Positions 39,297-50,339 of a DNA stretch of 64,000 nt are shown piece after piece. This stretch comes from a bacterium (GTDB lineage Bacteria; Patescibacteriota; Patescibacteriia; UBA1558; S5-K13), in contig JAKPTO010000026.1 in the NCBI GenBank assembly GCA_029555085.1, positions 37,217 to 101,216 on the forward strand, written 5' to 3'. The notes under the pieces were generated by a model. That model was given only the letters and a program-made list of their open reading frames with translations, had not been told where the DNA came from and did no database searches. The translations under genes and the position numbers were made by a program. The stretch's first letter is position 1, and the number at the start of each line of letters is the position of its first letter.

Positions 39297-40073
39297 TTAT
39301 TTTAATAATAAATTATACAATTTTTTATATTTTTTGTCAATAAATAAAAAATAACTCGCAAATAATATAAAAATTAAAGCCATTATTTGCGGAAATCTAA
39401 TTCCGAAAATATGAAGTGTTGTATCAATTCTTAAAAATTCCATAAAAAACCTAATAATTCCATAACCAAAAACATACAACAAAAATATTCTTCCTTCTTT
39501 GTAATGTCTCTTAAATACTCTCATTAGTATAAAAAATAAAATTAAATTTAAAATAAATTCATATGCAAATATGGGATGATGATGAAACCCTGTTTTTTGT
39601 ATATATATTGCCCATGGCACATTTGAAACTTTTCCATACAATTCTGAGTTAAAAAAATTACCCCATCTCCCAATTGCTTGCCCAAGTGGAACAACAAGAG
39701 CAAAAATATCTAAATATTTTAGCGAATTCAATTTATGCTTTTTACAATAAAAATAAACAGTTAATATTCCAGCTATTATTGCTCCTTGAATTGCTATACC
39801 GCCACGCCAAATTCTAAAAATCTCCCAAAAATTATACTTATAATATTTAAAATCGAAAAACAATACTGAGTAAATTCTAGCCCCAATTATTCCAAAAATT
39901 ATAATATAAAAATATAAATTTTCTAAATGATTTTTATCAATTTCACTGCCCCTGGATAATCTTTCTATTAAATACATACACAATAAAATACCAAAAACTA
40001 CTATAATTCCGTAAAAATATACATTGATTAACCCAAGGCGCAGTAATATTGGATGTGGATTTGCATTTATCAT
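39297..40073 (-). CDS. lgt: Prolipoprotein diacylglyceryl transferase
   Basis: 258 aa, polytopic, with the Lgt signature GRWGNFFNSELYG. Confidence 0.9.
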   Translation of the reverse strand: MINANPHPILLRLGLINVYFYGIIVVFGILLCMYLIERLSRGSEIDKNHLENLYFYIIIFGIIGARIYSVLFFDFKYYKYNFWEIFRIWRGGIAIQGAIIAGILTVYFYCKKHKLNSLKYLDIFALVVPLGQAIGRWGNFFNSELYGKVSNVPWAIYIQKTGFHHHPIFAYEFILNLILFFILMRVFKRHYKEGRIFLLYVFGYGIIRFFMEFLRIDTTLHIFGIRFPQIMALIFILFASYFLFIDKKYKKLYNLLLK

Positions 40074-40783
40074 TGATTTGTTGTATTTTTAATTGCTTCT
40101 AAAATTTGTTCCCAAATTTGTTTATTTATAACACCCTGAAATAACTCCCCGTTTACAAAAAATGTTGGCGCTCCATTTACACCCGCTTTCAAGCCCAATT
40201 GAACATCAGAATAAATAAGGGATTCATATTTTTTCGAAAGATAACAGTCTTTAAATTTATTAACATCAAGATGAATATCCTTTGCAAACTGCATAAATGC
40301 AGATTCTCCTAAAATTCTCTGATTTTCAAATAATTTATCGTGCATTTCCCAAAACTTTCCTTGTTCATTTGCACAGCTTGATGCTAATGCGGGAGTTATA
40401 TCATCCGATATTGGAAAATATCTGTATATTAATTTTACACTATCTTTATTATCATTGACAAAATTTTTTAAATCTACATATGCAGACAAGCAGTATGGAC
40501 AATTAAAATCTGAAAACTCAACTATCGTCATGATTGGAGATGAGGCCCCTCTCTGAGGAGAAGTTTTAGATTCCAACTCTTCTCTTTTAACTTTTTCTTT
40601 TGGGGTATTTGATGTGTTGCTATATGCAGAATAAAGAGTTAAGTCACTATTATGCATAATAATTGAACCGTCTTCTATTGCTTTTTTATAATCAAATACT
40701 TTTTTGACAAATAAAATAGCTACTGTCAAAAAAAAGATTAAAAAAACCCCTAAGAATATATGCCATTTTTTAATTTTAATCAT
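40070..40783 (-). CDS. DsbA-family thiol:disulfide oxidoreductase (membrane anchored)
   Basis: 237 aa with an N-terminal TM helix and the thioredoxin active site FNCPYC. It forms an ATGA stop/start overlap with lgt. Confidence 0.85.
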   Translation of the reverse strand: MIKIKKWHIFLGVFLIFFLTVAILFVKKVFDYKKAIEDGSIIMHNSDLTLYSAYSNTSNTPKEKVKREELESKTSPQRGASSPIMTIVEFSDFNCPYCLSAYVDLKNFVNDNKDSVKLIYRYFPISDDITPALASSCANEQGKFWEMHDKLFENQRILGESAFMQFAKDIHLDVNKFKDCYLSKKYESLIYSDVQLGLKAGVNGAPTFFVNGELFQGVINKQIWEQILEAIKNTTNQ

Positions 40784-40789
40784 ATGATT

Positions 40790-42214
40790 TTATTTATTTA
40801 TAAAATTTTTTTCTAAATTCCATGCTAATTTCAAAACATTTTCCTCGTCCATATATTTTCCCATAATTTGTAATCCTATTGGCAAGTCATTTGATTTTAG
40901 AGGTATTGAAATTGCTGGAATATCCGCGATACTTGCTGAAACTGTAAATATATCAGAAAAATACATTTTTAGTGGATCTTTTAATTTTTCTCCGATTTTA
41001 AAAGCTTTCGTTGGTGTGGTTGGAGTAATAATAAAATCTACATTTTTAAAAATTTCGTTCAATTTATTTTTTATATCGCCTTGAACTAACATTGCTCTAT
41101 TATAATAAGCTTCTTTATATCCACTTGATAAAACATAATTTCCTATTAAAATTCTTCTTTTAACTTCATCTCCCATACCCATTGTTCTATTTTTTTTGTA
41201 TGCATCGTCTAAAGAATCATACACCTTGGAATCAAAACCATATCTAAACCCATCATATTTCGCTAGATTTGAGGAACTTTCCGCTGGCTGAATTATACAG
41301 TAGGCAGCAAGAGCTTCATCAATAAAAGACATGTTTATTTCTTTTATTTTTATTTTTGCTCCCCTTAAATCTTTAATTAATTTGTCAAAAGACTCTAATA
41401 TGTTTTTATCTGTTACAAAATTATCAAAATTTTTTGGTATTCCTATTGTTATATTTTTTATTTTTGATTTTATATTACGAATATTAACTTTTTTAGTATT
41501 TAAATTTGTTGCATCATCGTCGTCTTTACCAACAATTACATTAAATAAGATTGCACAATCAAGAGAAGAATTAGCAATTGGTCCTATTTGATCAAATGAG
41601 GAGGCAAGTGAAATAAGTCCATTTCTTGAAATTCTTCCATAGCTTGGTTTTAATCCACAAACTCCGCAAAAACTAGCCGGCTGTCTTATGGAACCGCTAG
41701 TATCACTTCCTAAAGCAACAGCACAATGACCAGAGGCAACTGAAACAGCGCTACCACCAGACGAACCACCAGAAACTCTTTTTCTATCATGAGGATTTAA
41801 TACAGGACCAAAAAATGATGTCTCATTCGATGATCCCATTGCAAACTCATCCATATTTGTTTTACCAAGAATAATAACACCACTTTGTTTTAATTTTTTA
41901 ATAACATATGCATCGTACGAAGCCACATAATTAGACAACATTTTTGAACCAGCAGTTGTCTTGTGATCCTTAACTAAAATATTATCTTTTATGGCTATCG
42001 GAACTCCTTCTAATAATTCTAGTTTTTTACCGCTTTTAATTTTTTCATCAATTTTTTGTGCTTGTTCTATTGAATCATTCTCAAAAATAGTAATAAAATC
42101 ATTCAAATTATCTGACTTAATTTTTTTTATACAATCTTTTATCAAATCAACACAAGAGATTATTTTATTGTTTAACTCTCTATTAATTTTCTCTATTGTA
42201 AAATTATTATTCAT
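40790..42214 (-). CDS. gatA: Glutamyl/aspartyl-tRNA amidotransferase subunit A
   Basis: 474 aa with the amidase signature GGSSGGSAVSVASG and the Ser-cisSer-Lys context. Confidence 0.93.
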   Translation of the reverse strand: MNNNFTIEKINRELNNKIISCVDLIKDCIKKIKSDNLNDFITIFENDSIEQAQKIDEKIKSGKKLELLEGVPIAIKDNILVKDHKTTAGSKMLSNYVASYDAYVIKKLKQSGVIILGKTNMDEFAMGSSNETSFFGPVLNPHDRKRVSGGSSGGSAVSVASGHCAVALGSDTSGSIRQPASFCGVCGLKPSYGRISRNGLISLASSFDQIGPIANSSLDCAILFNVIVGKDDDDATNLNTKKVNIRNIKSKIKNITIGIPKNFDNFVTDKNILESFDKLIKDLRGAKIKIKEINMSFIDEALAAYCIIQPAESSSNLAKYDGFRYGFDSKVYDSLDDAYKKNRTMGMGDEVKRRILIGNYVLSSGYKEAYYNRAMLVQGDIKNKLNEIFKNVDFIITPTTPTKAFKIGEKLKDPLKMYFSDIFTVSASIADIPAISIPLKSNDLPIGLQIMGKYMDEENVLKLAWNLEKNFINK

Positions 42215-42218
42215 AGAT

Positions 42219-42491
42219 TTACAAAACCTTCTTTACTCTTAGTAAATTATCCTTTTTGTCAGCAAATTGTGATATAAGTAAATCGCTTTGGGATGTTTTA
42301 ATTTTATCTTTTCTTAAATTTGTATATTTACTATTATTGGATTTTATTTTTTCTGAGATTGGATACTGCTGAACTTTTTTTACATAATTTAAAATATTGT
42401 TAATATCTTTCAATAAAGTACTTTCCTCTTTTTTAGAAAGTTGTATTTTTGAAAACTCAGCAAGTTTTAAAATTTCTTTTTTCGTTAACAT
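42219..42491 (-). CDS. gatC: Glutamyl/aspartyl-tRNA amidotransferase subunit C
   Basis: 90 aa directly upstream of gatA. The N-terminus (LTKKEILKLAEFSKIQLSKKE) is typical of GatC. Confidence 0.8.
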   Translation of the reverse strand: MLTKKEILKLAEFSKIQLSKKEESTLLKDINNILNYVKKVQQYPISEKIKSNNSKYTNLRKDKIKTSQSDLLISQFADKKDNLLRVKKVL

Positions 42492-42495
42492 GTTT

Positions 42496-44511
<2,016 letters not shown>

Positions 44512-45348
44512 CTAATTAAAATCTTTTAACAAAGATTCTTCAGAAAATATAACATAATCAAATAACCCAGATAAAGGATCTTCTCTTCTTAAACTAACAG
44601 ACAATGCTTGTCTATTAGCATTTTCTATATCTCCTCCGGGATATTGACCAATTGTTTTTATTACATATATATTTTTAAACTTCAGAGAATTATTATCTCC
44701 ATCAAATGCTTGAATTTTTAAATCATGAATATCACAAAATAAAGCTTTGACTCTAAATTGATAAATCTTATTTGGATCTAAACTAGAACCGCCAATTTCA
44801 GTTATTGAATCACTTGACTCGTTTAGTAAAGATTTATAAACATGTTGCGATTCGCCCCCCGCGCTCCAAACAATACTTCCTCCGGACTTCCATTCATTTA
44901 CTGTAAGTTCTATCCAAGAACTATTTGGCGACTCTTCGGTGGAACAATTATCCTCCCAAGAAATTGAAAGATAAGATAGATTACTCGCCTCCCCTAAATC
45001 CTCTAAATTGTAAAGGTCGAATTGAAAAAATTGATTTTTTTTGAGACCTATATTTATACTTTGAATATCGTCATCTACTGTTCTAATTATGGAACTATCA
45101 AAGCCATTAAAAAAATAACTGTCGGTATTTAATTTTTCTGGAATTATGTTTTTTTGCCTTAAATAGTATATTGCTTGTTCATTGCCTGATTCTGCAGCAT
45201 AAAAAGCAATATTTGCATTATCAACGCTTTTAGATTGCTTAATTTGCCTTAAAGAGAATCTTGATACATAAAGAACACTTACCAAAATAGAAGTCATAAT
45301 TAAAAACGCTAATAAAAGAGCTGATCCATTTTTAACTTTAATTGTCAT
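44512..45348 (-). CDS. PilX-like type IV minor pilin
   Basis: 278 aa. The N-terminus KNGSALLLAFLIMTSILVSV resembles the PilX N-terminal domain. Confidence 0.6.
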   Translation of the reverse strand: MTIKVKNGSALLLAFLIMTSILVSVLYVSRFSLRQIKQSKSVDNANIAFYAAESGNEQAIYYLRQKNIIPEKLNTDSYFFNGFDSSIIRTVDDDIQSINIGLKKNQFFQFDLYNLEDLGEASNLSYLSISWEDNCSTEESPNSSWIELTVNEWKSGGSIVWSAGGESQHVYKSLLNESSDSITEIGGSSLDPNKIYQFRVKALFCDIHDLKIQAFDGDNNSLKFKNIYVIKTIGQYPGGDIENANRQALSVSLRREDPLSGLFDYVIFSEESLLKDFN

Positions 45349-45350
45349 AA

Positions 45351-45911
45351 TTATTTTATATAATTTCTTGCACTTACTGTTGTTTGTAATAAAATTTCTG
45401 CACCATCTCTATTATCAACAAATGTCATAACAATTGTTACAAGTGTTTGCTTGTTTAAATCCCCAGCAAGCTTTTCTGTTGATATAGTTGGGCTAATATA
45501 AAAATACATATCTTTCACGCTAACACTATTTCCAGTTACATCACTCCAACCAGAATCATTATATTTAACTTGCAGAAAAGTATTGTTTTTTCCTCCAACT
45601 AATTTTACTTGTTTTCGAAAAAAAATCTTATTACCGGAATTATCTTCTAGAGCCAACTCTGTTATTGGGTTTTTTACTGTAAAATCTGGATAATAAGAAT
45701 AATCAACATTACCCAATCTTACTTCTCTAGATATATAATCCATTGCGAACCTCATCTCATTTTGTACCCTTTGCATTGCTATAATCTTTGTATTTGCCTT
45801 CATTGTTAATATGTACACACCAATACAAATCGTTGAAACAATACTAAAAATAGCAGTCGCGACAATCATTTCAAGTAATGTAAATCCTGGTTTTTTATAT
45901 ATTTTTTCCAT
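45351..45911 (-). CDS. Type IV pilin/pseudopilin with prepilin-type N-terminal cleavage/methylation motif
   Basis: 186 aa with KKPG-FTLLEMIVATAIFSIV. Confidence 0.8.
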   Translation of the reverse strand: MEKIYKKPGFTLLEMIVATAIFSIVSTICIGVYILTMKANTKIIAMQRVQNEMRFAMDYISREVRLGNVDYSYYPDFTVKNPITELALEDNSGNKIFFRKQVKLVGGKNNTFLQVKYNDSGWSDVTGNSVSVKDMYFYISPTISTEKLAGDLNKQTLVTIVMTFVDNRDGAEILLQTTVSARNYIK

Positions 45912-45922
45912 AAATTAAAATA

Positions 45923-46582
45923 CTATTTCCAATTATATATCCTTTCTTGTATCTGGGTTGTTTTGATCGAACCTCCATCGTTCCAACCAACTAAAGAAGT
46001 TACCTGTAGGCCTATAAAATTTGTAGGATCTTCGCATTCTGATTCTGGTGATGTATTAATTATTTCATCTTCCCATTCATCATTATAACAAATCGCATCT
46101 ATATATATTATTCTATAAAAATTAGCATCCGACAATTGATAAGAATCTAATCCCTCCATAGAATCTTTATGAACATATATTTTTTGATTTGGCGATTCTT
46201 CTGGCCAAGCTAAGAACAATTTACATTGTCCAGTCTCAAGACATTTATCCCAAGGTATGCTAATGTATTCTAAAATATATCCATCTTGATCTTCCCTGGG
46301 ATACTTATTATCTAATATAAATGTTCTTGAATCTCCATCAATTGCTAAATCCGGTAATAATCCACTGCTCCACGCTAATCCATCAATCCAATTTGAATCT
46401 CTTATATTTCTAACAACTTCCACTCCTTCTCTGGCTAAGTTCGTGGCTTTAAGCATATTATGATTGAAACGCTCAACCCTAAGATTCGCCACAACTAAAT
46501 TCATAATAGATAAAATACCTACCACTGCTATATAAATAGCTATTACTACCTCCAATATTCCCTGTGCTTTACTTTTTTTCAT
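45923..46582 (-). CDS. Type IV minor pilin-like protein (variant leader)
   Basis: 219 aa with KAQG-ILEVVIAIYIAVVGIL. Confidence 0.6.
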   Translation of the reverse strand: MKKSKAQGILEVVIAIYIAVVGILSIMNLVVANLRVERFNHNMLKATNLAREGVEVVRNIRDSNWIDGLAWSSGLLPDLAIDGDSRTFILDNKYPREDQDGYILEYISIPWDKCLETGQCKLFLAWPEESPNQKIYVHKDSMEGLDSYQLSDANFYRIIYIDAICYNDEWEDEIINTSPESECEDPTNFIGLQVTSLVGWNDGGSIKTTQIQERIYNWK

Positions 46583-46584
46583 AT

Positions 46585-47166
46585 TTAATTATTTAAAAAT
46601 TCAGACCATGTTTTACCAGAACCTGGAGTAATGTTTATTACCCATTTCCCCGGTGCCTTAGTACTGCCTAAAAATATCTGACAAGACAAAACATTTTCAT
46701 CTTTATTTTCATCTATAATAATAGACATTAAACCTTTTGGCATTGAAAAATTAATATCTAATGATTCTAATTCTTTTTCTTCGTATCCAAGTTCTGATTC
46801 ATCTTTAATTTTACACCGTAACTGATCAAAATAAAACTGACTTTCTAAAATATTTTCTGAATAAATTAAATTTTCATTATAAAAACCATAAACACCAATA
46901 TCTGCGTAAATATTATATGAATATGAACCATTTACATCCTTTAAAAAAATTATTCCATAACCATTAATAGGTACTGTATTTTGAATTTTTTGACCTGTTA
47001 GTGAAAGATTTTTTGTAAATCCTATTGAATCTTCTATGTCATAAGCTGTTAAACGAAATTCATTTATTCTTCTTGTATATCCATAATCAAGAATAACAAC
47101 ACTTAAGAGAATTACAAATATACCAATCGCAACTACAACCTCTATTATTGTAAAAGCTTTTTTCAT
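46585..47166 (-). CDS. Type IV pilin/pseudopilin (Ala at position -1)
   Basis: 193 aa with MKKA-FTIIEVVVAIGIFVILL. Confidence 0.7.
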   Translation of the reverse strand: MKKAFTIIEVVVAIGIFVILLSVVILDYGYTRRINEFRLTAYDIEDSIGFTKNLSLTGQKIQNTVPINGYGIIFLKDVNGSYSYNIYADIGVYGFYNENLIYSENILESQFYFDQLRCKIKDESELGYEEKELESLDINFSMPKGLMSIIIDENKDENVLSCQIFLGSTKAPGKWVINITPGSGKTWSEFLNN

Positions 47167-47960
47167 ATAATTAATAAATTAATATACCAATTCAATAATT
47201 GCTCTCCGAAAAGAAAAGAAATAAACATTGCAAAAGAAATAAATGGTCCAAGAGGAATTTTTAATTTAGTTTTTTCTTTTTTAGATTTAGATAATAAAAG
47301 AAAAATACCAATTATTGCTCCGGAAAAGTAAGTAATCAATAACGCCACAATTGTAATTTTAAATCCCAAAAGCGCACCCATAAAAACCCCGAGCAATATG
47401 TCTCCACTACCAAGCCATTTTCCTTTTGAAATAACATATTGTATACCAAAAAAAATTACTCCGAGAACAATCCCATAAAAAATATTTAAAATATTATTTT
47501 TCATTATTAAATTAAAAATAATAGATAAAACTATCCCCAAATAAACTATAAAATCCACTATTAAATAGTATTTCAAATCATAAATAAATATAAAAGACAA
47601 AATAAATACAAGTATTAAATAAAATATAAAGCTAATAATTAATTGACCATGAAGCCAAAGTCCAGAAACAAAGAAAAACCAATATCCGAATGAAAATAAA
47701 ATTCCTAGAATTACCTCAACAAAAAAATTCTCAAATTGAATCTTTGATTTACAATATCTACATTTCCCAAGTAAAACAATGTAAGAAAAAACTGGAATTA
47801 AATCTAAAATCCCCAATGTTTTTTTACAATTAAGACAATACGATCTATTAAGTATTGATTTTTCTTCATTTATTCGATAAATCAAGCAATCTAAAAAACT
47901 ACCAAAAACAGCCCCTAAAATAAAAAATAGTATATAGAACATACCATTATTATAGCACAA
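47163..47960 (-). CDS. pilD: Prepilin peptidase (A24 family, PilD)
   Basis: 265 aa, polytopic, with the N-terminal CLNC...CRYC zinc motif and GSGDILLG. It forms an ATGA overlap with the downstream pilin gene. Confidence 0.88.
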   Translation of the reverse strand: MCYNNGMFYILFFILGAVFGSFLDCLIYRINEEKSILNRSYCLNCKKTLGILDLIPVFSYIVLLGKCRYCKSKIQFENFFVEVILGILFSFGYWFFFVSGLWLHGQLIISFIFYLILVFILSFIFIYDLKYYLIVDFIVYLGIVLSIIFNLIMKNNILNIFYGIVLGVIFFGIQYVISKGKWLGSGDILLGVFMGALLGFKITIVALLITYFSGAIIGIFLLLSKSKKEKTKLKIPLGPFISFAMFISFLFGEQLLNWYINLLII

Positions 47961-47996
47961 AATCTCGGATTATAATATTTATATTTTCATCCAAAA

Positions 47997-48614
47997 TTAC
48001 TTCAAAATTGTACCTGTTTTTATATACCAGATATAAATATCTAACTCTCCCTGACTCATATCCAATTTTTTGCATATTTTATGCATTTTTTTCTCTATTT
48101 CAATATATCTCTTTGGTGTTAATGTTTTATATTCAGCTATTATTCCGTTATCAATCAAACTACTAATAATATGCCTATCTAAAATAGCATAATCAAAAAA
48201 ACCAACATTTCTTAAAAAATGCGACGATTCCTTCATCCCAAGACCTTTTATATTTTTCAAAAGCCACATTCTTTTATCATTTTCTTCTAATAAAATATCT
48301 TTGATGTTTTTATACTTTCTTGCCAAAACAATACGATTCGCGCGTTGAGGCCAAAATCTATGACCTGATTTTTTCAAAAATCTTGCTAATTTTTCTTCAT
48401 TCCAATTTAAAAAACCATTCGGAGTTAATTTTTTTTGAATTTCAATTGACTCTTTTGCTTTCCAATTTGAAGTTAATAAACAATAACAAAGTTCAAAAAA
48501 CCATTCATTGTTTGATTTTTTGTTTAAAATTAAAAAATCTTTTAATCTTCTATCAATTTTATTTTTGATTTTTGATTTTCTTATTTCTTGAATTTTGTTT
48601 ATTAATTTTTTCAT
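47997..48614 (-). CDS. ogg: Archaeal-type 8-oxoguanine DNA glycosylase / N-glycosylase-DNA lyase (Ogg2-like)
   Basis: Motifs FFELCYCLLTSNWKA and GLGMKESSHFLRNVGFFDYAILDRHI. The start is more likely M25 (48614) than the ORF-track start at 48686. Confidence 0.8.
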   Translation of the reverse strand: MKKLINKIQEIRKSKIKNKIDRRLKDFLILNKKSNNEWFFELCYCLLTSNWKAKESIEIQKKLTPNGFLNWNEEKLARFLKKSGHRFWPQRANRIVLARKYKNIKDILLEENDKRMWLLKNIKGLGMKESSHFLRNVGFFDYAILDRHIISSLIDNGIIAEYKTLTPKRYIEIEKKMHKICKKLDMSQGELDIYIWYIKTGTILK

Positions 48615-49269
48615 AATGTAAACAATAATTTTTAATTTTACAAATATTACATTTTGGACCAATTGGCCTACAAATATTTTGACCAAACAATACTAATACA
48701 AAATTTATTTTTTTCCAGTACAACTTATCTAAATTTTTTCTTAAAAACATTTCGGTTTCATACGGAGTCCTTGTGTTTAAATATCCAATTCTATTTAATA
48801 TTCTATGAACATGCGTATCCACACAAATTGCTGGTTTTTTTAAAACTGTAGAAATATATAAATTTGCTGTTTTTCTCCCAATTCCTGGAAGTTTTATAAG
48901 TTCATCGATAGTTTCCGGAATTTTAGAATTGAAATCCTTATTTAAAACAAAACATAATTTTTTTAAATTTTTTGCTTTTGTTTTATAAAAACCAACTGGA
49001 TAAATCAATTTTTGTATTTGTAGATTTGTTAATTTTTGCAAATCTTTACAGTTGCTTACTTTTTCAAATAATCTTAATGATGACTCAAGAGTTGTTTTGT
49101 CTTTTGTTCGTGACGATAAAATTATTGAAATTAAAATCTGAAAATTGTTAAATTTTTTAGAATACAAAAAATCAACAGCAGGAAGTTCAAATTCACTAAC
49201 CTGCTGTGACAATAAATCAAGTATTTTTTCTATTTTTACTTTGATTTCCATAATCCATGAAGATTGCAA
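48559..49269 (-). CDS. nth: Endonuclease III
   Basis: HhH-GPD motif LPGIGRKTANL and a 4Fe-4S cluster loop C-X6-C-X2-C-X5-C (CRPIGPKCNICKIKNYC). Confidence 0.9.
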   Translation of the reverse strand: MQSSWIMEIKVKIEKILDLLSQQVSEFELPAVDFLYSKKFNNFQILISIILSSRTKDKTTLESSLRLFEKVSNCKDLQKLTNLQIQKLIYPVGFYKTKAKNLKKLCFVLNKDFNSKIPETIDELIKLPGIGRKTANLYISTVLKKPAICVDTHVHRILNRIGYLNTRTPYETEMFLRKNLDKLYWKKINFVLVLFGQNICRPIGPKCNICKIKNYCLHYEKINKQNSRNKKIKNQK

Positions 49270-49637
49270 TATGCTCTAACCGTAACAATATTTGCTTTAG
49301 CGTAGAAGTCTGCTTCTGGTTTATCTCCTGGATTTAAAAATTTCTTCCCAGACTTTCCATCATCAGTATTAATTTCAATCCACTCTATAAAATGAGATTC
49401 TTCCATTGGATGTTCAGTTGATCCAACCTTAACTTTGTAACCAAATTCTGTTTTTTCTATAATTGGAACATGTTTTTCATTACCCTGATCTTGTGATTTT
49501 TCTCCTTCTAATCTCATAGCCGTCCCACAACAAACAAGTGATTCTGCTCCAATGTTTAAAACCTCAATAACATTGCCACAAATATCACATTTATAAATCT
49601 GTTTTTTCTTTGTCATAATATTTAAATTAATAATCAA
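49236..49637 (-). CDS. dfx: Desulfoferrodoxin (class I superoxide reductase)
   Basis: 133 aa with the N-terminal desulforedoxin motif YKCDICGNVIEV...CCG, and EKHVPII in the SOR domain. Confidence 0.9.
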   Translation of the reverse strand: MIINLNIMTKKKQIYKCDICGNVIEVLNIGAESLVCCGTAMRLEGEKSQDQGNEKHVPIIEKTEFGYKVKVGSTEHPMEESHFIEWIEINTDDGKSGKKFLNPGDKPEADFYAKANIVTVRAYCNLHGLWKSK

Positions 49638-49692
49638 TTATAAAATTTTAAATACTAAGTAACCAAAATGGAAATTTGATTATTAGTTGTTG

Positions 49693-50262
49693 TTACTTGG
49701 ACATTGTTTCAAAATATGCTTTTGGGTGTTTACATGCTGGACATTCTTCTGGGGCATTTTCTGATTCATGAACATAACCACAATTTCTACAAACCCAATA
49801 AACTTTTTCTGATCTTACAAAAGTAGTATTGTTTTCTAAATGTTCTAAAAATTTCTTATACTTTTCTTCATGATGTCGTTCTGCCTCGGCAATACTCCTA
49901 AGTCTAATTGCAATATCTTTTAAACCCTCGCGTTCTGCTATATCAGCAAATTCTGGATACATTGATGTATGTTCATAATTTTCTCCAGCAATTGCTGCTT
50001 TTAAATTCGCAATTGTATCACCTAAAACAGTAGGACATTCTGAATCAACTTTTATAGCTTCTCCACTATTTTGAGTTAATTCGTTTATAAGTTTCATTAG
50101 AACTTTTGCATGTTCTTTTTCTTGATCTGCTGTTAGTGTAAAGTTAGCTGAAATCTCTTCAAATCCCTCTTTTTTAGCAACAGAAGCATAATAAGTATAT
50201 CTATTTCTAGCTTGTGATTCACCTATAAAAGCTTTTGCTAAATTTTTAATTGTTTCTTGCAT
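49693..50262 (-). CDS. rbr: Rubrerythrin
   Basis: 189 aa with diiron four-helix motifs (E...EXXH twice) and a C-terminal rubredoxin-like CRNCG...CPACKHP. Confidence 0.93.
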   Translation of the reverse strand: MQETIKNLAKAFIGESQARNRYTYYASVAKKEGFEEISANFTLTADQEKEHAKVLMKLINELTQNSGEAIKVDSECPTVLGDTIANLKAAIAGENYEHTSMYPEFADIAEREGLKDIAIRLRSIAEAERHHEEKYKKFLEHLENNTTFVRSEKVYWVCRNCGYVHESENAPEECPACKHPKAYFETMSK

Positions 50263-50339
50263 AATTTTTTAATTAATTATTAATATTTTAAGTATATCAA
50301 ATTCAAACAGCATTATAAAGCGTTGTTAATAGCGTATAA

